NCBI GenBank assembly: GCA_042408215.1
Contig: JAYFMW010000020.1
Coordinates: 640,001-704,000, forward strand
DNA: 64,000 bases
Direction: 5' to 3'
From: Microcoleus sp.
GTDB taxonomy: Bacteria > Cyanobacteriota > Cyanobacteriia > Cyanobacteriales > Microcoleaceae
Shown: one piece after another, positions 30,033 to 40,373 of the stretch
Position numbering within the stretch: position 1 is the first letter of the stretch
Layout of the letters: each line of letters begins with the position of its first letter
Program-made: the position numbers and the translations under genes
The notes under the pieces: model-generated
What the model saw: the letters and a program-made list of their open reading frames with translations, nothing else
Databases searched by the model: none
Told to the model about the DNA's origin: nothing

Positions 30033-31175
30033 TTACGCGACACTTACCCGGCTATTACCGGACAAAGTAACGATAGCACTATCGCCGACATAGGAAATAG
30101 AGGCGGTATCCCGCAAAGCTTTCAGTAAAATACCAAAAGCGCCATTATAATCCCGTGGGATTGAGTAGCCACAGTCAGGGCAAGTAAACACTTTAGAACC
30201 ACCTAACTTTTGATGCACATGACCACAATGGGTACAAGTTTTAGACGTGTATTCTTCAGTGACATCAATCACGCTGGCGTTTCTGATACTTGCCTGATGT
30301 TTGATGGTTTGCTTGAATCTGTAATGGGCCCAAGTCAACATCGCTCTAGCAGTTTTTGAACGAATCTTTCTTCGTGCTTTGGCTACCATTTGGGACGACT
30401 CATGCATTAGGAAGAAATATGACCCGATAGTTGCTAGTTAAATAGCAAGCGGTTTGTTTTTGGCATTCGTCTACTAAATTACGAATGCGTATTCTCATGC
30501 GATGAGCTGCTTGTCTCATGCGTTTTCTGCGCTGTTTCGTGGCTTGAGATATTCGGCTCATTAAGTTATCTAAGTGTTGACACAGACGAGCGATTCGTCC
30601 CATGTCACCACCTCCAAACTCAATGAATTTATTGCCATCAAATCCGGTCATAAATGTTCTTACGCCCGGATCTAATGCAATAATTCCAGTTGCATCGGTA
30701 GGGTGAACAGTAACTGGTACAGGAAACACCGCAAACCAACGACCCTTGCAGTACAACAATGTCGTACCTTGATTACACTCAGGAATCACCTCAGAAGCTT
30801 TGAAGGTTAATCCTTTTGTCAAGGAAGAATACCAAGTACCTTTGCTGAAATTTGCATCGTTAAACTTGATGGCTTGAGAGTAATCTCTGATACTACGAAA
30901 CTTGGCGTCTGAACTTGCCTTGAAAGCTCTGTGAGCATCAAACACAGCATTTTGCCTGATATGACAAGGCGTTTCTTTTACCCATTCAGGTAAATCACTT
31001 CGCATAACTTCGTTACGCAACTGCAACTTACTTAAGTGCTTTTTTCGCTGCATTGCTATTGCTTGATTGAAACAATAACGACAGGCGGCCAGCCATTTTC
31101 GCCAGACTTTATTTAATTCTTGACTGGGGTATATCCTGATCTTCAGAGATTTGAGATTTATACTTTCTGAGTCCA
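30033..31175 (-). pseudogene. tnpB: IS607 tnpB, frameshifted near 30405
   Basis: KIRIYP, ALDPGVRTF, EEYTSKTC..C, CPDC and RDYNGA, split across two frames. Confidence 0.85.
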
Positions 31176-31705
31176 TAGAGTCTACTACTAAAGCAGTGGA
31201 GGATTGCAAGGATGTCTTCAACCATTTCTTGTTCTGGACTAAGGTTTGTTTCGTTGAGTACCACGAGTTCACACCGGTTTTGCTCACAGAGCCATTTGAA
31301 CAAGTCAAAGCCGAATCTTGCCAATCGGTCTTTGTGAGCAACGACAACCATTCGGACATCTCCTTTAAAGATTCGTTCCAATAGGGCAAGAAGCTTTTTC
31401 CGTTTGAAATTAAGTCCTCCTCCAACTTCGCTACAGATTTCGGCTTCCGGGTAGAGACTACTAAGGTGAGCGACTTGCCTGTTAAGGTCGGGTTGCTGTG
31501 CGCGACTACTGACTCTGGCGTAGACAACAGCAATTCGGTGGTCGGTTCTAGTGGCTCCGGCGGCAAACCTGTCAACGTTATACCTTCAGAGTCCTGACGG
31601 TGTTCTGATCGCTTGGATTTTTCCTGCTTCTTCCCAACGTCGGAGAGTTCTTTCGTTGACTCCAAGGATGGACGACGCTAATGAGGGTGGGACGTACCTG
31701 ACAAT
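31109..31705 (-). pseudogene. tnpA: IS607 tnpA serine recombinase with a premature stop
   Basis: MerR-like HTH (LGVNERTLRRWE), YARVSS, DRLARFG and FSSRLYG. In-frame TGA at 31588-31586. Start codon uncertain (ATT). Confidence 0.85.
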
Positions 31706-31824
31706 CGCTTTTTCCTCAACTCTTGTTCTATTATGGCAGATTGTCCGGTGATGTCCGGCGAATTTGTTATTTAGTTATGACTCTTGATTTGCGATCGATT
31801 ATTCAGCAAGCCGTTCCATTAAAC

Positions 31825-33147
31825 TTACCCATAGTTACCCAAGTCTAGACTTATCTGGACATAAGTGCTTTTGGTGTTAACTTCCTGTTTCACAGTAGCG
31901 ACAGCATGACTGCTATCGGGTTTGTCTACTCCCCAGGCTGACACGGTGGAACTCACCGCCAATTCTGAACGTTCTGGAATAAATATTCCTTCAAACCAAC
32001 GTTCTATATTTTTCGCAGCGTTTAGGTCGCGATTTTGAATGTTTCCACAGTTGGGGCATTCAAAAACTCGAAGTTTTAAGGGCATTCTGTGCCGATGATT
32101 ACAACAATTTGAGCAGATTTGACTACTAGGAAAGAATCTATCCACCAAGCTCAATTTAGACAAAAACTTTTCAGTTTTGTATTCTAACTGGCGGCGAAAT
32201 TCATACATTCCACAATCGGCGATCGCACCAGCTAACTTGTGGTTCTTCAAAAATGCCTTAACATTCAAATCTTCAATCTTCACCTCACTGTGGTTTTTGG
32301 CGAGGTAAGTTGTCAACTTGTGAATAGCATCTTTTCGGATATTTGATACTTTTAGGTGCAGCTTGGCTAGTTTTGAGACTGCTTTTTTGCGGTTATTAGA
32401 ACCTTTGACTCGTTTGCTGACACGCCGTTGTAGACGTTTCATTTTACGGTTCATCCGACCATAGGCTTTAGGGTTGGCAAAGACTTCGCCGTTAGAACAA
32501 ACAGCTAATTCTTTGATACCGATATCAACTCCAACGGTAGGACGGCTAGGTAGAGTTGCGGGCTGCTCAATCTCGCACTTAAAAGCAATAAACCATCTGT
32601 CAGCTTTTCGACTGATTACGCAGTTGTGGAACGCCGTAATAGGTAATGGTTCGTGCAGCCTAACCCAACCAATCTTAGGTAACTTGATGCGCTTGCCGTC
32701 GTTATTAATTCCTGGCTTTGCTTTGGTTCCTTGCTCTAAATAAAAAGAGTCACCTGATACACCTTTTTTCTTGAACCTAGGTTGTTTAGATACCTTTTTG
32801 AAACATCTATCCCAAGCTGTCCTCAGTTCAGCTAGACTCTGCTGTGGGCTAGCCTTGGAAGACTCATAATACCAGGGATACAGAGGTTTGACTTCCGCTA
32901 CTAAACGTTTGTGTAAATCAATGGCAGAAGGGAGCTTTACGCTTTGCTCCGTATCCCTGATTTTTAATGTTTCAAGGATGATTGAATTGGCCCAGTTGTA
33001 AGCGTGTCTTGCTACTGGGCAATGCTGTCGAAATCTAGTTACCTGTTTGTTGTTGGGTTTTAATTCCGTTTTGAAACTAAGTAACATTTGCTTTTGCCTC
33101 ATTCCTGCCTTACTCTTATTATATACGGAATTAATACAAAACAGCAA
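31825..33147 (-). CDS. tnpB: TnpB RNA-guided endonuclease, apparently intact (true start probably MLLSFKTEL near 33087)
   Basis: RuvC GVDIG / IEDL / NRDLNAA and Zn-finger CSNC...CPNC. Confidence 0.9.
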   Translation of the reverse strand: MLFCINSVYNKSKAGMRQKQMLLSFKTELKPNNKQVTRFRQHCPVARHAYNWANSIILETLKIRDTEQSVKLPSAIDLHKRLVAEVKPLYPWYYESSKASPQQSLAELRTAWDRCFKKVSKQPRFKKKGVSGDSFYLEQGTKAKPGINNDGKRIKLPKIGWVRLHEPLPITAFHNCVISRKADRWFIAFKCEIEQPATLPSRPTVGVDIGIKELAVCSNGEVFANPKAYGRMNRKMKRLQRRVSKRVKGSNNRKKAVSKLAKLHLKVSNIRKDAIHKLTTYLAKNHSEVKIEDLNVKAFLKNHKLAGAIADCGMYEFRRQLEYKTEKFLSKLSLVDRFFPSSQICSNCCNHRHRMPLKLRVFECPNCGNIQNRDLNAAKNIERWFEGIFIPERSELAVSSTVSAWGVDKPDSSHAVATVKQEVNTKSTYVQISLDLGNYG

Positions 33148-33148
33148 A

Positions 33149-33319
33149 ATGCCTAGAAAAAAGATTTACAGCGAGCCTAAACGTAAAGTCAACCTCAGCC
33201 TGACCGAGACTGCTACTAAGTGGCTAGAGGAAAAACGAGTTCAGCTTACCGCAAGCAGTCTTAGTGACGTGATCGAGAGACTTGCTAGAGAGCTACCCAA
33301 CAATTCCATCAATGGGTAA
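33149..33319 (+). CDS. Small ribbon-helix-helix/CopG-like DNA-binding protein (56 aa)
   Basis: MPRKKIYSEPKRKVNLSLTETATKWLEEKRVQLTASSLSDVIERLAR: an alternating beta strand followed by two helices, with an S.SDVIE motif. Confidence 0.65.
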   Translation: MPRKKIYSEPKRKVNLSLTETATKWLEEKRVQLTASSLSDVIERLARELPNNSING

Positions 33320-33553
33320 CTTTGTCCAAGAATCACGTTACAGCTTTAAACCCTATTTAGAGGAAGGTAATTCCGGTTCAGCCCCTCCTACCCCCTCCAC
33401 CGATCGCGCAGCGCGTTTCAAACCAAGCGGACCGCCACTCTTGGCACGGCCCCTACGGATCATAAAACCGCCCAGCCTCTCCCCCTCTTCAGCCATAAAC
33501 AGATTTTTAACTCGGATTCGGTATTAGTAGCAATTTATTTGTGTTTTTTTCCT

Positions 33554-33646
33554 AGGACTTACGTAGTCTCGACGCTTTGACGCTTGGTTTGAGATTCGTC
33601 GTAACACTTGCGAAGGACATAACCACGTAGCTCTTACGTAAGTCCT
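33554..33646. repeat. MITE-like element with 12-bp TIR AGGACTTACGTA
   Basis: AGGACTTACGTA...TACGTAAGTCCT. Related single ends at about 35691 and 37485. Confidence 0.7.
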
Positions 33647-33970
33647 GTTCAGTGGAAATACTGGCTAATATCTTAAGACATTATGCTTCCTTAGAAGAGA
33701 TACACACAATCTTTATAAAAGTGGGTAGTTTTATAAAGTTTGTGTAACGTTGAGCATTTCACTTGACGGAGATTAAAATTATTTGCCAAGTTGTAACGAG
33801 TTATATCAAATTCCGGTTTGTTAGCCCCTTTATCCAAGAGGCGATGGAAATCGCTTCTTGTCAAACAAAGTCCGCCTCCGGGAACTAAGCAATAAAGGGG
33901 GTATTGAAGGCGGATTTTGGATCGTAGTCCGATCGATCGAGCTCAAGTTCATGTGTTTTGGGGATTTCAC

Positions 33971-35683
33971 ATGGTAGCGCAAAATTTTAGCAATCAAAAT
34001 TTGGTCGGCAATAACTTTAGTGGGCAAAACCTCAATGGTTCCACATTCTTCAAAGCCAGACTGGAAAACGTCTTGTTCAGACGCAACGCTCAAGGTACCC
34101 GCACTCAACTCAGAGGTACCAACTTTGAAGAGGCATTTCTGCTGAATGTAGATGCAACGGATGCCATTTTTGCTGCCAATGCCAGCTTTGGACCAGCAAA
34201 TTTTTATAAAGCGAACTTAGAGAACGTCAATTTCAGTGGCGCAAACCTAACTGGGGCAAATCTCTCGCTGATCGGCACAAAATTCATCGACCTGTCCAAC
34301 GCCAACCTGACCAATGCCATTCTGCATGAGGCCAATCTCAGCGGCGAACAGTCGGACCGACCGAACCTGGCGGGAGCCAACTTTACGGGTGCTGATTTCA
34401 ACAAGGCGAAGCTGAAAGCGGCTGACTTTACCGGTGCCAATTTGACCAATGGCAAATTCCAGGGTGCTGACCTGGAAGGAACCTTGTTGATCGATGCGAA
34501 CTTTACCGGCGCTCAATTCGACATATCGACTAATTTCACAGACATTATCCTCAGCAACGCCATCTTTGACCTTGCCGACCTGAGTGGGGTGAATCTGACG
34601 GATACCAACCCACCCGATGGATTGACACTGACAACTTCTCGCTTTCGCGGAGCCAATTTGACTGGCTTTAGTGCCGAAGATGTCAATCTGGCTGGTGCTG
34701 ACTTCAGCCCCCATGCAAATGGTACGCGCACTCAAATGGGCGGTGCTAGTTTCGCAGATTCTGAGTTGAACAACGCCAACCTGACTCAGGTGATTGCAGA
34801 AGGCATATTCCTGGACGGTGCTGATTTGAGCAATGCAATCATGGTTGGTGCTGATCTCAGCAATGCCAACCTGGGTGGAGCAATTCTCGTTGGCGCTAAC
34901 CTGACGGGTGGAGTCCAGTTAGACAACGCTTTTATTGAGAAGAGTAATCTGGCGGGAGCCAACTTTACAGGGGCAAACCTGACAGGCGCTAACCTGAAGG
35001 AAGCGGCTGGAGATCACCTAACCAACTTTAGGAATGCCAATCTGACAGGTGCCAACCTAGAGGTGGGGAGTTTCAGCGGTACCAACTTCACCAATGCCAA
35101 CTTCACCAATGCCAACCTGGGCAAAGCCAATTTCACCGATGCCGTTATGGTCGGGGCGAACATGACGGGGGTAACCGCCGTTGATGTGGTGGGTCTGACG
35201 ATCGGGACTAGCGGCAACGATACCCTTACAGGAACCTCCACCAAAGATAATATCTTCGGGCTTGACGGCAATGACTCCCTCAACGGCGGTGACGGGGATG
35301 ATTACCTGGATGGCGGTAGCGGTGCTGATATCCTGACCGGTGGGCCGGGCAATGATGCGTTGTTTGGTGCTGCGGGAAATGACACCGTGACGGGTGGGGG
35401 TGGCAGAGATACCATTCACTACCGCAGTGGTCATGGTTCCGATCAGGTCAATGGTTTCACCCTCGGAGCCAGCGGAGACATCCTATCCTTCAGTGGCATT
35501 GCAGCGATCGATGTGGTGCCATCTGGCGTGAACACTCAATTGCGATTGGGCAATGGCATTGCTGGCGATACCGGTTTTGGCACAGGCGCACTGTTGATCG
35601 CCCTGGCAAACACTTCCTTTACGGCGGCTCATGTCAGCACCAATGTCAACTCGACCAATAGTCCGATATTCCAGTTCTCGTAA
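33971..35683 (+). CDS. Pentapeptide-repeat protein with C-terminal RTX (GGxGxD) repeats
   Basis: More than 400 aa of A(N/D)(L/F)xx repeats followed by GGxGxDxL nonamers. ATG at 33971 preferred over the TTG at 33917. Confidence 0.9.
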   Translation: MVAQNFSNQNLVGNNFSGQNLNGSTFFKARLENVLFRRNAQGTRTQLRGTNFEEAFLLNVDATDAIFAANASFGPANFYKANLENVNFSGANLTGANLSLIGTKFIDLSNANLTNAILHEANLSGEQSDRPNLAGANFTGADFNKAKLKAADFTGANLTNGKFQGADLEGTLLIDANFTGAQFDISTNFTDIILSNAIFDLADLSGVNLTDTNPPDGLTLTTSRFRGANLTGFSAEDVNLAGADFSPHANGTRTQMGGASFADSELNNANLTQVIAEGIFLDGADLSNAIMVGADLSNANLGGAILVGANLTGGVQLDNAFIEKSNLAGANFTGANLTGANLKEAAGDHLTNFRNANLTGANLEVGSFSGTNFTNANFTNANLGKANFTDAVMVGANMTGVTAVDVVGLTIGTSGNDTLTGTSTKDNIFGLDGNDSLNGGDGDDYLDGGSGADILTGGPGNDALFGAAGNDTVTGGGGRDTIHYRSGHGSDQVNGFTLGASGDILSFSGIAAIDVVPSGVNTQLRLGNGIAGDTGFGTGALLIALANTSFTAAHVSTNVNSTNSPIFQFS

Positions 35684-35899
35684 CCTCAATAGGACTTACG
35701 CGCTAACTCTACTTGTAGGATGCGCCCTGCAACCCCAGCCCTGTAACCCCTGTCAAGGTGCGTTCGGAGTCTGTGTAATGGCTGCTCACGGTTAATTTTT
35801 TTCCATCAACCATGCCCGCCCCTTCAACGTCGAAAGGGGCGGGGAATGATAAGGATTGGCAGTGGCAACGAAGCACCGAATTTTAGGATGCACTAATCA

Positions 35900-36034
35900 T
35901 ACCAGTTCTCCCAAATCATGCAACAGTAGCAACACTAGGTTGATTGATGAGTTAACATACTCACCTTAATTTTAGGGGGGTGAGTATGTCAAAAACCAAC
36001 TAGGTAAATTGTAGCATTCTTTTGGGAACTGGTA
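35900..36034. repeat. Fold-back MITE-like element
   Basis: TACCAGTTC.CCCAAA...TTTGGGAACTGGTA ends with an inner ACATACTCACC/GGTGAGTATGT stem. Confidence 0.65.
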
Positions 36035-36101
36035 GCACTTTCGGGCTATGTGGCAAGTTCACATAACATCACGAAAATTTACACAACACTAGGAGAAAAT
36101 T

Positions 36102-37466
36102 ATGGCTACCAGAAATGGAACAGAACTGCCCGATACCCTTACCGGAACTAATAACGCCGACATAATTCGCGGCTTTGGCAAGGAAGATCTGCTTTATGGC
36201 TTAGGCGGTAACGACAGCATCTACGGTGGAGAGGACAAAGACACTGCATATGGTGGTGCTGGAGCCGATCGTCTCTACGGGGAAAACGGCGAAGACGATC
36301 TATATGGTGAGGATGGTAACGACTTCCTCTACGGTGGGCTGGATAAAGACAACCTGCATGGTGGAATCGGAGCCGATCGACTCTTTGGCGATTCCGGCGA
36401 AGACTTATTGTACGGCGATGCTGGCAATGACATCCTGTACGGAGGAGCAGATGCCAATGATAGCAACGATGGCAAAGATTTCCTCGATGGTGGGGCTGGA
36501 AACGATCGACTCTATGTGGGTTTCGAGGACACAGGGTTTGGTGGTGTTGGCGATGACACCGTGATTGGCGGCTTTACCGATGACGCGATCTACGGCGATG
36601 ACTCAGAAGGTTTAGTGTTTGGGGGAGCGGATTCCCTGGTTGGCGGCGACGGTAACGACACCCTCTACGGAGAAGGGAACAGCTTAGCGGGTGGCGGCAA
36701 CGATACCCTCGATGGCGGCACAGGCGACGATCAGCTCTACGGCCATGCCGGAAGTGACTACCTGTATGGTGGCGATGGTATTGACTATTTAGATGGTGGC
36801 GATGGCAATGACATCCTTGATGGTGGCGCTGGCTCTAGTACCCTGAGAGGTGGCGGTGGCTTAGAAACGATCGCGGGTGGCGCTGAAGGCGACTTCATTG
36901 ATGGCGGCGAGGACAATGACAACCTCAGTGGTCTGGGTGGTAATGACACTATCTATGGCGACTACGGAGTTTCTGAATCACTTGCTGGTAATGACATCCT
37001 CAATGGTGGCGCTGGCGATGACTTCCTAGATGGCGGTGCAGGGGTCGATCGGATTATCGGTGGCGCTGGCGTTGACCTGCTGTTTGGTGGCGAAGATTCG
37101 GAAACTCAAACCGCCCGCGACACACTAACCGGCGGGGCTGACACCGACTTCTTCCAGTTGCTGTACACAGCATTTGTGCCAGAACCAATCCAACCCGGTG
37201 AGCCGATCGTTCCTGCTCCTGCTGGTGACTACATCGTTGACTTCGTGAAAGGGACTGACTTCTTGTTCCTGGAGGGGATTACCTTTGAGCAGTTAGGGTT
37301 CGAGAATATCTCACTTACAGTTGGCTCGGTTGCGACGAACAGCACTCGGATCTACGTCCTGCCTACTGAACCCGGAGTTCCGATTTCTCAAGCGGAAACG
37401 CTAGCTGTGGTTCAAGGGGTACGTCAATTTAACGCCTCGCATTTTGTTTTTGAACCGATCATCTAA
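36102..37466 (+). CDS. RTX/hemolysin-type calcium-binding repeat protein
   Basis: AGGAG RBS, many GGxGxDxLxG repeats and a T1SS-like C-terminal tail. Confidence 0.92.
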   Translation: MATRNGTELPDTLTGTNNADIIRGFGKEDLLYGLGGNDSIYGGEDKDTAYGGAGADRLYGENGEDDLYGEDGNDFLYGGLDKDNLHGGIGADRLFGDSGEDLLYGDAGNDILYGGADANDSNDGKDFLDGGAGNDRLYVGFEDTGFGGVGDDTVIGGFTDDAIYGDDSEGLVFGGADSLVGGDGNDTLYGEGNSLAGGGNDTLDGGTGDDQLYGHAGSDYLYGGDGIDYLDGGDGNDILDGGAGSSTLRGGGGLETIAGGAEGDFIDGGEDNDNLSGLGGNDTIYGDYGVSESLAGNDILNGGAGDDFLDGGAGVDRIIGGAGVDLLFGGEDSETQTARDTLTGGADTDFFQLLYTAFVPEPIQPGEPIVPAPAGDYIVDFVKGTDFLFLEGITFEQLGFENISLTVGSVATNSTRIYVLPTEPGVPISQAETLAVVQGVRQFNASHFVFEPII

Positions 37467-37591
37467 TTCGAGTTCACACTAACAGGACTAACGCACCAAA
37501 TTATATAGTGTGGTGCGATTCTTTTGTCTAAATTCACGCTTATTTTCCACTCAGATCATGTCCGGTCGTATAACCATCATAAAAATGGTTT

Positions 37592-37640
37592 GTAGTGAGG
37601 ACTTTAGTCCTTAACAGTCAAGGACTAAAGTCCTCACTAC
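37592..37640. repeat. REP-like perfect 21-bp hairpin
   Basis: GTAGTGAGGACTTTAGTCCTT-N7-AAGGACTAAAGTCCTCACTAC. Confidence 0.8.
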
Positions 37641-38024
37641 GAACATTCAAGATCGCGGGTAATCGATCGGAAATGATATCATATCGTTTCCGGTTGCATT
37701 GGAATTATATATTTCGATCGACGAGAGTGCGAGCGTCCTCGCTCGCTATTTAGGTCGCGAGATCTTAAGCTCGCAGGGAGCATCTCGATTTTGTAAATAT
37801 ATCCGCAGGGGCTCTCGCATTCGCGTTTAAAATCTCTCGTATAATCGATAGGATATGGGCGCGAATGCGAGAGCCCTAGACAAACGGGATGCTATATGAG
37901 CTCGCACTCTGATAATGCCGATGCTACCGGATTTGAGATCAGTTCCTTCTGAGTGAATTTGTGCTTAGTCTAAACTCCAAACCTCACTGTCAACAGTCAA
38001 CGGTCAACGGTCAACAGTCAACGG

Positions 38025-38930
38025 TCAACGGTCAACTGTTAACTGTTTCAACTGCGTCCAAGCTAGTTTGGCAGCCCCTACAATGCCCGCTTGATTGCCC
38101 AATTCAGCGACCAATAACTGCAAATCTTCGCGAGAACTGGGGAGTACCCGCAGCTCAATTTCTGCTATAACCGCAGGCAAAAAAAACTCTGCACCTGCAC
38201 TAATTCCGCCTCCGATAATAATAGCTTCCGGCGTTAAAACATAAATGAGACTTGCCAAACCTATACCGAGATAACGACCGTAATTTTGCCAATATTCTAC
38301 AGCTTTGGCATCTCCAGACTTAGCTAAATTCGCTAATTCTAGTGGTTCTAAACCCGTTTCGCGGCGAATTGCTTGCACTGAAACGTATTGTTCTAAAGAA
38401 CCGCGATTGCCGCTATTGCACTCCGGGCCGTCGGGATTGATCGTAATTAATCCTAACTCGCCGGCGGCACCTAGATGACCTGAAAATAGTTTGCCATCTA
38501 GGATAACTGCACCGCCGACACCAGTGCCTAATGTTAGTAAAATTAGGTTTTTAAAGTGGCGGCCAGCACCTAACCAAGCTTCTCCCAATCCGGCACAGTT
38601 AGCGTCATTTGCTAATATTGTCGGCAGTCCCGTTTTGGCTTCCAACCAGTCAGCGAGGGGGACGTTTTGCCAGTTTTTGAGGTTAATTGCGACTCTGGCT
38701 ATTCTGCCGGTGGCGTCTGCGGGGCCAGGGGTGCCAATGCCGATCGCCTTTACAGCATTTTCGACTGGATTGAGTTGAGAAATTGCGTCTACCATTGCCG
38801 CTAAAACCGCTTCAGGCGTTGCCGGTTGAGGCGTTGGCACTGTTAAGGATTGGTGACAAATGCCGTCGGCGCTGAATCTGCCGAGTTTAATTGCGGTGCC
38901 GCCTAAGTCGATGCCGATTACTTGTGTCAT
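38025..38930 (-). CDS. ROK-family sugar kinase (glucokinase-like)
   Basis: IGIDLGGT, NDANCA, LTLGTGVGG, GELG and CNSGNRGSLE. Confidence 0.92.
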   Translation of the reverse strand: MTQVIGIDLGGTAIKLGRFSADGICHQSLTVPTPQPATPEAVLAAMVDAISQLNPVENAVKAIGIGTPGPADATGRIARVAINLKNWQNVPLADWLEAKTGLPTILANDANCAGLGEAWLGAGRHFKNLILLTLGTGVGGAVILDGKLFSGHLGAAGELGLITINPDGPECNSGNRGSLEQYVSVQAIRRETGLEPLELANLAKSGDAKAVEYWQNYGRYLGIGLASLIYVLTPEAIIIGGGISAGAEFFLPAVIAEIELRVLPSSREDLQLLVAELGNQAGIVGAAKLAWTQLKQLTVDR

Positions 38931-39059
38931 TCGATTTTGGATTTGGGATTTTAGATTTTGGATTTTGGATTCTCACCAGAAATTTACAGCAGATTCCACG
39001 TTTATGAAATACACCCGCCTATCAATCGCTCCCCTACTACACTCCAAGAGCCCTTCTTC

Positions 39060-39696
39060 GTGTCAACTTAACGTCAAACCCAGTCACAGAATGCTGTTTG
39101 ACTATTAAGCCTAGATCCCCCCTAGCCCCCCTTACTAAGGGGGGGACAAGAACTTACTCAAAGTCCCCCTTTTTAAGGGGGATTTAGGGGGATCTAGACT
39201 TAGTGTAAAAACGAGATTTCTCAAGGCTTTTAGGCGATTGTTGACACCAATGGGCACGGTGCCGTGCATTGGTGTCAACTTAACGTCAAACCCAGTCACA
39301 GAATGCTGTTTGACTATTAAGCCTAGATCCCCCCTAGCCCCCCTTACTAAGGGGGGGACAAGAACTTACTCAAAGTCCCCCTTTTTAAGGGGGATTTAGG
39401 GGGATCTAGACTTAGTGTAAAAACGAGATTTCTCAAGGCTTTTAGGCGATTGTTGACACCAATGGGCACGGTGCCGTGCATTGGTGTCAACTTAACGTCA
39501 AACCCAGTCACAGAATGCTGTTTGACTATTAAGCCTAGATCCCCCCTAGCCCCCTTACTAAGGGGGGGACAAGAACTTACTCAAAGTCCCCCTTTTTAAG
39601 GGGGATTTAGGGGGATCTAGACTTAGTGTAAAAACGAGATTTCTCAAGGCTTTTAGGCGATTGTTGACACCAATGGGCACGGTGCCGTGTCCCTAC
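39060..39696. repeat. Three exact tandem copies of a 212-bp MITE-like unit
   Basis: TGTCAACTTAACG starts at 39061, 39273 and 39485. Confidence 0.92.
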
Positions 39697-39701
39697 TACA
39701 C

Positions 39702-40220
39702 TTATTCTTCCCCAGAAAAACCCAAACCATCCCCCACAAACACCGCCTCAATCACCAGCCCATTCTCACCATCATCCTCAACAATCGGTAGCGGAAATCT
39801 TGCTAATATCTCCCGGCTAATTTCCCTCGCAACATTTCCCAATTCCCCGTCACGAATTCTACTCAATAACAACAGCCTGCGCGCCATTTCCTGAAGCGAT
39901 TCGACTGCATCTGTCCCGGGGACATCCCCATGTTCGCCCTCTAGCAATCGAACCCCAAACCGATGCAGCCAAGCGGCTAATTCCGCATCTTTCAGGCGTT
40001 TTGCGATGAGAAATCCGGCGACATCTCCTCTACTCCAGCCTTGATTCACTCCTTCGAGAAGTTCCATGAATTTCGCCTCGTATTCGGCGTCTGTCATGGT
40101 TGGTGGAAGGGGCTTTTGTTGTGCTGGGGGATGGGAGGGTTGGGTTTTGAACAGTCGCTGTATTAGTTGTTTGATGAATTGCCAAATTTTGTCTAGCATT
40201 TGAGTTGGGGATTTTTTCAC
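39702..40220 (-). CDS. Hypothetical protein (likely start MLDKIWQ at 40199)
   Basis: Open 172-aa frame with an amphipathic N-terminus and a helical body. Confidence 0.6.
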   Translation of the reverse strand: MKKSPTQMLDKIWQFIKQLIQRLFKTQPSHPPAQQKPLPPTMTDAEYEAKFMELLEGVNQGWSRGDVAGFLIAKRLKDAELAAWLHRFGVRLLEGEHGDVPGTDAVESLQEMARRLLLLSRIRDGELGNVAREISREILARFPLPIVEDDGENGLVIEAVFVGDGLGFSGEE

Positions 40221-40373
40221 CGCAGATGCAGGCAGATATACGCAGATGGACGCAGATGGATGGAGATTGTTTCACATAATTTACGCACAAAGCGGGCGGT
40301 GTTGCAAAGGTTTGAGATTCTTCGTGACCCTCAGAATGACAGAATTACCTTGCCATGCGTAGGATTGTTTTAT

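Larger units (their letters stand above)
30024..31770 (-). mobile_element. IS607-family element, decayed
   Basis: Serine-recombinase tnpA overlapping tnpB, with TGTCCGG repeats near both ends. Left boundary approximate. Confidence 0.85.
31811..33343 (-). mobile_element. Non-autonomous IS607-like element: tnpB plus a divergent RHH-like gene
   Basis: The ends read inward as CCGTTCCATTAAACTTACCCATAGTTACCCA and CTGTAACGTGATTCTTGGACAAAGTTACCCA, with AGTTACCCA in the same register. No transposase gene. Confidence 0.7.

Noticed and set aside
30400..31665. 421-aa ORF as an intact nuclease
   Set aside because: It is frameshifted before the RuvC-II/III and Zn-finger region, and its N-terminal third overlaps tnpA.
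33835..33920. c-di-GMP-I riboswitch call
   Set aside because: The two-hairpin layout is suggestive, but the conserved GGCAAA and GACGCAAA junction sequences are missing. Kept only as an unassigned structured leader.
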